From an uncultured Candidatus Bathyarchaeia archaeon (GTDB lineage Archaea; Thermoproteota; Bathyarchaeia; Bathyarchaeales; Bathycorpusculaceae), in contig CAYVGZ010000046.1 in assembly GCA_964450845.1 (NCBI GenBank), positions 1 to 12,311 on the forward strand: a stretch of 12,311 nt of DNA, given 5' to 3'. The notes beneath the pieces were generated by a model that did not search any database, was not told where the DNA came from, and worked only from the letters and a program-made list of their open reading frames with translations. Below, piece after piece: positions 7,444 through 12,311 of this stretch. Position 1 is the stretch's first letter; every line of letters begins with the position of its first letter. The translations under genes and the position numbers were made by a program.

Positions 7444-7902
7444 TCATTGCTGTTTGATATAACCAATTTTCTCCATGATTATTTTCACGTAAAGATAGGC
7501 TGAGGAATCTGGAGGCAACTTTAGCAAAGGTTTCCCTGCGAGAACGTATTCTTCGACATTAATGTCATAGGGTATCTTGCCCAAAAATTCAAGCTTCAAG
7601 GTTTTTCTAGCTCGGTCCTCTAAGCCTTCTGGAAATCTAAACCGCCTATAACATAGAAATTTTCAAAGTCTATTTTGACCTCATGGGCAATGTGATATGC
7701 ACGTTCAGCATGGTCAAAGGATTTTTTAGAAGGATAAACTATGTCGAAGACGTCGTTCACTTTTGACGTAATTCTGCGATTTAGATGTTCTAAGTCTGCT
7801 GGCGAGTCTATCAGCACATACTCGTAGTTTTTGGTTAGGGATTCTAAGGCTCTTTTCAGAGCCTCATTTGGCTCCGCGCCCCATTGTTACAAGTGTTTTC
7901 AC
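7444..7902 (-). pseudogene. cooC: Degraded CooC/AcsF-family Ni-insertion ATPase (second paralogue)
   Basis: Three pieces in different frames. (1) GTG 7902: MKTLVTMGRG, the start of a P-loop. (2) 7871-7641: PNEALKRALESLTKNYEYVLIDSPADLEHLNRRITSKVNDVFDIV...YVIGG. (3) After a 1-nt loss at 7639-7641, 7638-7444: RFPEGLEDRARKTLKLEFLGKIPYDINVEEYVLAGKPLLKLPPDSSAYLYVKIIMEKIGYIKQQ*. About 152 codons versus 259 for the neighbouring paralogue. Confidence 0.85.
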
Positions 7903-7947
7903 ACGCTTTTCGTTTCCTTTGTGCAGTAGGGTTTTTGTTTTAACCTA

Positions 7948-8727
7948 TTAGTTATTCTTTGTTGCAAGTTTCTCGCACAATTTTTCTATGGCTCGCATAG
8001 CTTCAAGTTTTTTATACTTAAGTGGAGTCTCTCCAAGCATTTCTGCTTCAACAACTTTTGGGTCAAAAGGTACAAAATCCAGAATTTGCAAACTGTTTTT
8101 TTCAGCGAAATTTCTGATTGTTTCTTTTTGAAACTCATTTTGAATTTTGTTTCCAACAAGCAAAATCTGCTTAATGCTAGCGCTAGCGGCTAATTCATGG
8201 ACGCGTTTGGCGGTTTCAAGGGATTTCATGTTGGCATCTGCGACTGTTAGCATAGTGTCTACATGCCCTGCTGTTCCTCTACCCATATGTTCGACACCCG
8301 CTTCCATGTCGAGGATAACAACCTCGTTTCGTTCTACGATTAAATGGCGAAGCAAAGCGCGGACAATAGCATTCGCTGGACAAGTGCATCCTGAACCCAT
8401 CGACTTTACAGTGCCCATAACGATTAGGTTCACACCAAATGGAGTTCCAACAGCATATTCACGAACAACATCATCAACAGTGAAGGAAAGACGAAAAACG
8501 CCCGAATATTCCGTGCCTGTTTTGGACTCAATCAATTCCTTGTTCTCCGAAATGGGCAATATTTTGCGTGCCTTTTCTGATGATAAGCCCAGGGTTAAGG
8601 CAAGGTTTGGTGAAGGATCAGCGTCAATAGCTATCGTTTTCAAGCCTTTTTCAGCAAAGAAGTATGCAAGCCCTCCAGCGATTAGTGTTTTGCCTACGCC
8701 ACCCTTGCCGGAAACCGCAATTTTCAC
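7948..8727 (-). CDS. cooC: CooC-family CO dehydrogenase nickel-insertion ATPase (MinD/SIMIBI class)
   Basis: 259 aa. Deviant Walker A GKGGVGKT, DADPSPNL, Ni-binding CxC (GSGCTCP) and switch II DMEAGVEHMGRGT. SD GAGG upstream of the GTG. Confidence 0.93.
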   Translation of the reverse strand: MKIAVSGKGGVGKTLIAGGLAYFFAEKGLKTIAIDADPSPNLALTLGLSSEKARKILPISENKELIESKTGTEYSGVFRLSFTVDDVVREYAVGTPFGVNLIVMGTVKSMGSGCTCPANAIVRALLRHLIVERNEVVILDMEAGVEHMGRGTAGHVDTMLTVADANMKSLETAKRVHELAASASIKQILLVGNKIQNEFQKETIRNFAEKNSLQILDFVPFDPKVVEAEMLGETPLKYKKLEAMRAIEKLCEKLATKNN

Positions 8728-8770
8728 TCTTATTTCCTCGCTTTGGTTAACTCTTGGAAATCATTTATAC

Positions 8771-8783
8771 ATTTTTAAGCGTT
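8771..8783 (-). promoter_or_regulatory. Possible TATA element for cooC
   Basis: Minus strand AACGC-TTAAAAAT, about 45 nt upstream of the cooC start. Confidence 0.35.
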
Positions 8784-8851
8784 ATGCAATTTCTTCACGC
8801 CTTCATAAGAAAGTGATCCATCATGCATAGTCCTAAAAGGTAATAAGGAAA

Positions 8852-8867
8852 CGCAAACATTTTATAC
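8852..8867 (+). promoter_or_regulatory. Putative BRE/TATA for the Gfo/Idh/MocA gene
   Basis: CGCAAACA-TTTTATAC, 40 nt upstream of ATG 8907. Confidence 0.5.
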
Positions 8868-8906
8868 GATATTTACGTATTGGACGAAGTAAAATAGGTG
8901 AACTTT

Positions 8907-9911
8907 ATGTCTGACAAAGTTGGAGTTGCCGTAGTAGGCGTCGGATTTGTGGGTGGACAAGCCCACGCACCAAGCTTCAAGAAAATTGAAAACTCTGAAC
9001 TTGTAGCTTTAGGTGCCACCACGGAAAAACGAGTAAAACCTCTTGCAGAAAGCTTAGGTGTAAAATACTATTTGGATTACGATAAGCTTTTAGAAGATCC
9101 AAAAGTTCAAGCAGTAGCTTTAGCGGTTCCAACACCAATGCATTATGAGTTGTCAATGAAGGCTATAAAAAAAGGTAAACATGTTTTATGTGAAATGCCA
9201 CTAGCACCAACAATAGGTCAAATGAAAGAACTACAAAAAGCCGCAGAAACAGCAAAAGTGGTTTTGATGCCAGTGCTTCAGTTCCGATTCGCACCAGTAT
9301 ACCTCAAAACAAAAGAGATCATAGAAACTGGAATGATCGGAAAACCAATTGCCCTTCACTTCCGCGAGTTCATACCAGCAATGAGCCTTGCAGAACAGTG
9401 GCCTTTAGGCTCTTGGGCTTGGAGCATCGAAAAAAGTGGAGGATACCCAGATTTCACGCTTTCTGTCTGGTCTATTGACATGATTAGGTGGATGTTCAAC
9501 AGTGAGATAGTAGATGTTGAGTGGATGAGCAGCTACCCTCAAATTGAAAAGTATGGTGGAATATTGGGCTATAACACTATGGGCGTTATAAAACTCTCCA
9601 ATGGCATGGTAGGATCACTACATTATGGCGCGTCTGGAACGCCATCAGCAAGCCTAGCCAGACTTGAAGTTTATGGCGACAATACAAATGTAATCCACGC
9701 CATTAACACTAACAAAATACTCCTATATGGGCAAGAACAGCAACCGCAAGAATGGAACATTGAAGTGAAAGGCACGAAAGTCTGGGGGCATCGACAAATA
9801 GACGAACATTTCATAGACTGCATACTCCACAACAAGCAACCGCAAGTAACTGTAGATGACGCAATAAAAGCAGTGGAAATAGCTCAGAAAATTACAGAAA
9901 ACATAAGATAA
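8907..9911 (+). CDS. Gfo/Idh/MocA-family NAD(P)-dependent oxidoreductase, substrate unknown
   Basis: Rossmann GVGFVGG motif, AVPTPMHYE...A...GKHVLCE-x-P, and C-terminal HFIDCI...QPQVTVDDAIKAVEIA. Start at ATG 8907 preferred (AGGTGA-N5-ATG), 334 aa. Confidence 0.88.
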   Translation: MSDKVGVAVVGVGFVGGQAHAPSFKKIENSELVALGATTEKRVKPLAESLGVKYYLDYDKLLEDPKVQAVALAVPTPMHYELSMKAIKKGKHVLCEMPLAPTIGQMKELQKAAETAKVVLMPVLQFRFAPVYLKTKEIIETGMIGKPIALHFREFIPAMSLAEQWPLGSWAWSIEKSGGYPDFTLSVWSIDMIRWMFNSEIVDVEWMSSYPQIEKYGGILGYNTMGVIKLSNGMVGSLHYGASGTPSASLARLEVYGDNTNVIHAINTNKILLYGQEQQPQEWNIEVKGTKVWGHRQIDEHFIDCILHNKQPQVTVDDAIKAVEIAQKITENIR

Positions 9912-9918
9912 GCTACAG

Positions 9919-10113
9919 CTATATTTCGCGAATTTCGCATTGAAGCTTTTTTATTATTTCTTCAGCCGTTGCTGGCTCAACCTTTAAAGTGTAAAGCTTT
10001 TTTGGCGTGCGAAGTTTCAGTTTCACAACATCTTTTAACCTTTTTACTGCACAATATTCAGCACGTCCACTTATTTCAACAAATTTCTCTGAATCAAAGA
10101 TTTCCGACGGCGT
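9919..10113 (-). CDS. rpl38e: 50S ribosomal protein L38e (probable start ACG 10113; alternative ATG 10143)
   Basis: PSEIFDSEKFVEISGRAEYCAVKRLKDVVKLKLRTPKKLYTLKV matches the L38e pattern P..I.D...F......A....VK......K.K.R..K.LYTL. 64 aa from the ACG, which is preceded by SD AGGGGTGA. Confidence 0.85.
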   Translation of the reverse strand, partial: TPSEIFDSEKFVEISGRAEYCAVKRLKDVVKLKLRTPKKLYTLKVEPATAEEIIKKLQCEIREI

Positions 10114-10159
10114 AGACTTCACCCCTAACGACTGTTTGTTCATGCTTATACTTGCGCAA

Positions 10160-10175
10160 CATATAATCCTTTTTG
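10160..10175 (-). promoter_or_regulatory. Putative BRE/TATA for rpl38e
   Basis: Minus strand CAAAAAGG-ATTATATG. Canonical spacing predicts a TSS near 10137. Confidence 0.5.
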
Positions 10176-10260
10176 TGATTAAATTACATGAGAGAGGTTA
10201 AGATCATTTTGATTTTGTATATGGTTAATAGTGACCAATAAGCGTTAATGAGCCTCGATA

Positions 10261-10270
10261 TCTATATATA
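10261..10270 (+). promoter_or_regulatory. Putative TATA box for the NfeD/SPFH operon
   Basis: TCTATATATA. Predicted TSS near 10293, giving a very short leader before ATG 10301. Confidence 0.5.
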
Positions 10271-10300
10271 CTAGCTTATGCATACTGATACTTGGTAACG

Positions 10301-10741
10301 ATGAGAATCACCCTTACGATAAATGCAGACGAATTGAAACTTGCGCAGTTGCTGGACAAGTTTTCAGAACAGTACAGAACAGTTTACACGCTCAAACGCA
10401 ATGATGGCAAATTTACTCTGCAAATGAATACAGATAACTTTGGCGAACTAGTGAGACGTTTGAACCATTTGAAAGATTGCACCTTCAAAGTCGAAGAAAT
10501 ATACGGTGGAGGATTATTGGATAGATTGAACGTCAAACTAGAGAAGACCAACGTTGACGCTTTATTAGACAAGGAAACAGTAGCTAAAACTGACATAGAC
10601 CCCATCAATGGTGGTGTTATCAAGCTTATGGGTGAACTGTGGTTTTGCCGACCAGAACACGACAAAGTTATAAAAGAAGGAACAAAAGTAAGAGTAGCGA
10701 GGGTGGAAGGAGTTAGCCTTATAGTGGAGGAGGTTGAATGA
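10301..10741 (+). CDS. NfeD-like C-terminal OB-fold protein (SPFH operon partner) with a soluble N-terminal ACT/ferredoxin-like domain
   Basis: C-terminal TNVDALLDKETVAKTDIDPINGGVIKLMGELWFCR...IKEGTKVRVARVEGVSLIVEEV fits the NfeD pattern (G.V...GE.W.A.......G..V.V..VEG..L.V). The gene lies directly upstream of an SPFH gene. No hydrophobic TM stretch. ATG 10301 preferred over TTG 10292. Confidence 0.8.
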   Translation: MRITLTINADELKLAQLLDKFSEQYRTVYTLKRNDGKFTLQMNTDNFGELVRRLNHLKDCTFKVEEIYGGGLLDRLNVKLEKTNVDALLDKETVAKTDIDPINGGVIKLMGELWFCRPEHDKVIKEGTKVRVARVEGVSLIVEEVE

Positions 10742-10744
10742 AAA

Positions 10745-11674
10745 ATGTTTGAAATGGAGATAATAATCATTGTATCAGCCTTCATTTTACTAATGGTCGC
10801 GCTAATTCTGTTATCTGGAATAAAGAAGGTTAACCAATACGAAAAAGGCTTAATCGAAAGATGGAACGCCTACGAGAAAACAGTTGACCCAGGATTAAGG
10901 TTCATCATTCCATTTGTTCAAAGGATGTACCGTGTCAACATGCGAGAACAAGTCATAGATGTACCGCCGCAGGAAATCATCACCGAAGACAATGTGGTAG
11001 TAACTATCGACGCTGTAATCTACTACCAAGTAATCGACCCGAAGAGAGCACTCTACGAAGTAGAAGATTTTGAATTAGCAATAGTAAAGTTGGCTCAAAC
11101 AACGCTGAGAAATATCGTGGGCGAAATGACACTCGACATATGCCTGACGTCTAGAGAAAAGATTAACGTAGAACTGAGAAGTGTTCTTGACCAAGCAACC
11201 GACAAATGGGGAACAAAAGTGAACAGAATAGAACTGCAACGAATAGATCCGCCAGCTGACATCCAACAAGCCATGCACAAACAGAAAACGGCTGAACAGG
11301 AAAGAAGACAAATACGACTCTTGGCAACTGGAAGAAAAGAGGCAGCCGCACAGGAAAAAGAAGGCACTATACTCAAAGCTCAAGGAGATAGAGCATCAGC
11401 AATACTGAAGGCGGAAGGAGATGCCAAATCAATCGAAATCGTGGCTGCAGCACAATCTCAAGCAATAAAAATGGTTTCTGAAGCCGCAAACCAGTATTTC
11501 AAGGAGAACGCCCAACTAAACAAAAAACTAGACGTCATAAGGGACACATTTGCACAACAAACAAAAATTGTGGTTCCATCATCTGCAGAAATCCTCAACG
11601 TGCTTGGATTTGAAGGAACACCATTTATCCCAATAAAATCAGAAAAGAAGACTGAAACTGGAAAAAGCGAATAA
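10745..11674 (+). CDS. SPFH/Band 7 (stomatin/QmcA-like) membrane protein
   Basis: 309 aa. N-terminal TM IIIIVSAFILLMVALILLSGI, then PGLRFIIPFV, EQVIDVPPQEIITEDNVVVTIDAVIYYQV, AQTTLRNIVG, WGTKVNRIELQRIDPP and a coiled-coil AE..R...IL.A.G region. Confidence 0.95.
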   Translation: MFEMEIIIIVSAFILLMVALILLSGIKKVNQYEKGLIERWNAYEKTVDPGLRFIIPFVQRMYRVNMREQVIDVPPQEIITEDNVVVTIDAVIYYQVIDPKRALYEVEDFELAIVKLAQTTLRNIVGEMTLDICLTSREKINVELRSVLDQATDKWGTKVNRIELQRIDPPADIQQAMHKQKTAEQERRQIRLLATGRKEAAAQEKEGTILKAQGDRASAILKAEGDAKSIEIVAAAQSQAIKMVSEAANQYFKENAQLNKKLDVIRDTFAQQTKIVVPSSAEILNVLGFEGTPFIPIKSEKKTETGKSE

Positions 11675-11692
11675 AAGGGCGGCTAAAACGTA

Positions 11693-11974
11693 GTGCCTTC
11701 CACTGATTCCTTAATAGTCTTCTGGTTTCTCTTTTTCGTAGTGCTTCTACTAGTAGCGTGGTGGGGAATAAAAAGAATTAGGGAAAAAGGTGAAGGTTAC
11801 GGTAGAAGACTGTACGGTGAACCGAGGGATGTTGACCTAAGACTCACATACAAAAGATTCAAACAACTTTACCCTTATTCGCAAATAACATATCAAGAAT
11901 ATAAAAAATTACAGATGGAGAGGGCATTCAAACGAGCCGTAAGTTCAGAAAAAAATAAACGAATGGTAAGTTAA
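11693..11974 (+). CDS. Small single-pass membrane protein of unknown function
   Basis: GTG start 18 nt after the SPFH stop, 93 aa. One TM (LIVFWFLFFVVLLLVAWWGI) followed by a basic, Tyr-rich cytoplasmic tail. Confidence 0.7.
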   Translation: MPSTDSLIVFWFLFFVVLLLVAWWGIKRIREKGEGYGRRLYGEPRDVDLRLTYKRFKQLYPYSQITYQEYKKLQMERAFKRAVSSEKNKRMVS

Positions 11975-12001
11975 CCAACCCAGCTAAATAGAGCGAGCAT
12001 C

Positions 12002-12006
12002 AAAAA
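12002..12006 (-). terminator. Oligo-T terminator downstream of tRNA-Val
   Basis: AAAAA on the plus strand gives T5 on the minus strand, 17 nt after the CCA. Confidence 0.4.
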
Positions 12007-12023
12007 GAACATATTGACATTTT

Positions 12024-12101
12024 TGGTGGGCCGGACCGGATTTGAACCGGTGACCTTCCGCACGTCAAGCGGATGTCCTAACCGAGCTAGACTACCAGCC
12101 C
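12024..12101 (-). tRNA. tRNA-Val(GAC), intronless, CCA encoded
   Basis: Reverse complement GGGCTGG-TA-GTCTAGCTCGGTTAGGAC-A-TCCGC-TTGACGT-GCGGA-AGGTC-ACCGG-TTCAAAT-CCGGT-CCGGCCC-A-CCA forms a full cloverleaf with anticodon GAC. Confidence 0.97.
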
Positions 12102-12133
12102 TTTCTTCTGTGTTTTGTATCAGATGAGCTTAC

Positions 12134-12150
12134 TTTTAAAATAGGTTTTC
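12134..12150 (-). promoter_or_regulatory. BRE/TATA for tRNA-Val
   Basis: Minus strand GAAAACCTA-TTTTAAAA, 32 nt upstream of the tRNA 5' end. Confidence 0.55.
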
Positions 12151-12174
12151 GGTTTTGAGTAGCGTCAGTTAACG

Positions 12175-12190
12175 AGTAAACATTTTAAGA
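12175..12190 (+). promoter_or_regulatory. BRE/TATA for tRNA-Ser
   Basis: AGTAAACA-TTTTAAGA, 31 nt upstream of the tRNA 5' end. Confidence 0.5.
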
Positions 12191-12221
12191 TTGAGCAGAT
12201 AAAATGAGCATGCCAATTTGT

Positions 12222-12309
12222 GCCGGGATGGCAGAGTGGTTATTGCGCAGGCCTTGAGAGCCTGTGGACCTTCTGGTCCGCATGGGTTCGAATCCCATTC
12301 CCGGCGCCA
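12222..12309 (+). tRNA. tRNA-Ser(TGA), intronless, long variable arm, CCA encoded
   Basis: Acceptor stem GCCGGGA/TCCCGGC with discriminator G and CCA. Anticodon arm CAGGC-CTTGAGA-GCCTG, variable arm GGACC-TTCT-GGTCC, T-loop TTCGAAT. Confidence 0.97.
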
Positions 12310-12311
12310 AA

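Noticed and set aside
7620-7645. Programmed frameshift or pyrrolysine read-through (TAG 7622-7620) rescuing the second cooC
   Set aside because: There is no heptameric slippery site, and the homologous C-terminus is in another frame, so read-through would not restore it. The upstream deletion removes the P-loop and CxC regardless.
7620-7817. 65-aa ORF as an independent small protein
   Set aside because: It is the middle fragment of the cooC/AcsF pseudogene; homology continues upstream and downstream in other frames.
8147-8830. 227-aa plus-strand ORF
   Set aside because: Antisense to intact cooC over most of its length, with the composition typical of a reverse-frame shadow.
10007-11383. ORFs 10007-10201 (+), 10384-10785 (-), 11075-11383 (-), 11095-11376 (-) and 11163-11351 (-)
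   Set aside because: Antisense to rpl38e, nfeD or the SPFH gene, with no independent support.
11975-12311. Integrated mobile element or CRISPR array at the tRNA genes
   Set aside because: No duplicated tRNA 3' fragment, integrase, transposase, terminal repeats or regularly spaced direct repeats were seen anywhere in the window.

Overview
Archaeal chromosomal window, most consistent with TACK/Bathyarchaeia. This is an inference from the archaeal five-subunit ACDS operon together with ribosomal protein L38e and TATA/BRE promoters. Left half: the C-terminus of an ASKHA/DUF4445 (RACo-like) corrinoid-activator gene converges on a complete minus-strand cdhA-cdhB-cdhC-cdhD-cdhE (CODH/ACS, Wood-Ljungdahl carbonyl branch) operon. 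Upstream of cdhA are one intact CooC-type Ni-insertion ATPase and a second, AcsF-like cooC paralogue. The ORF track shows the second only as a 65-aa fragment; it is a pseudogene with a deletion of about 100 codons plus a frameshift. Right half: a Gfo/Idh/MocA oxidoreductase with non-canonical active-site motifs, rpl38e whose expected start codon is ACG, a three-gene NfeD-like/SPFH/small membrane protein operon, and divergent tRNA-Val(GAC) and tRNA-Ser(TGA) genes. In the NfeD protein a soluble ACT-like domain appears to replace the usual membrane anchor. No mobile element, CRISPR array or recoding (Sec/Pyl) signal was seen. All family assignments come from motif recognition by eye; no database searches were run.
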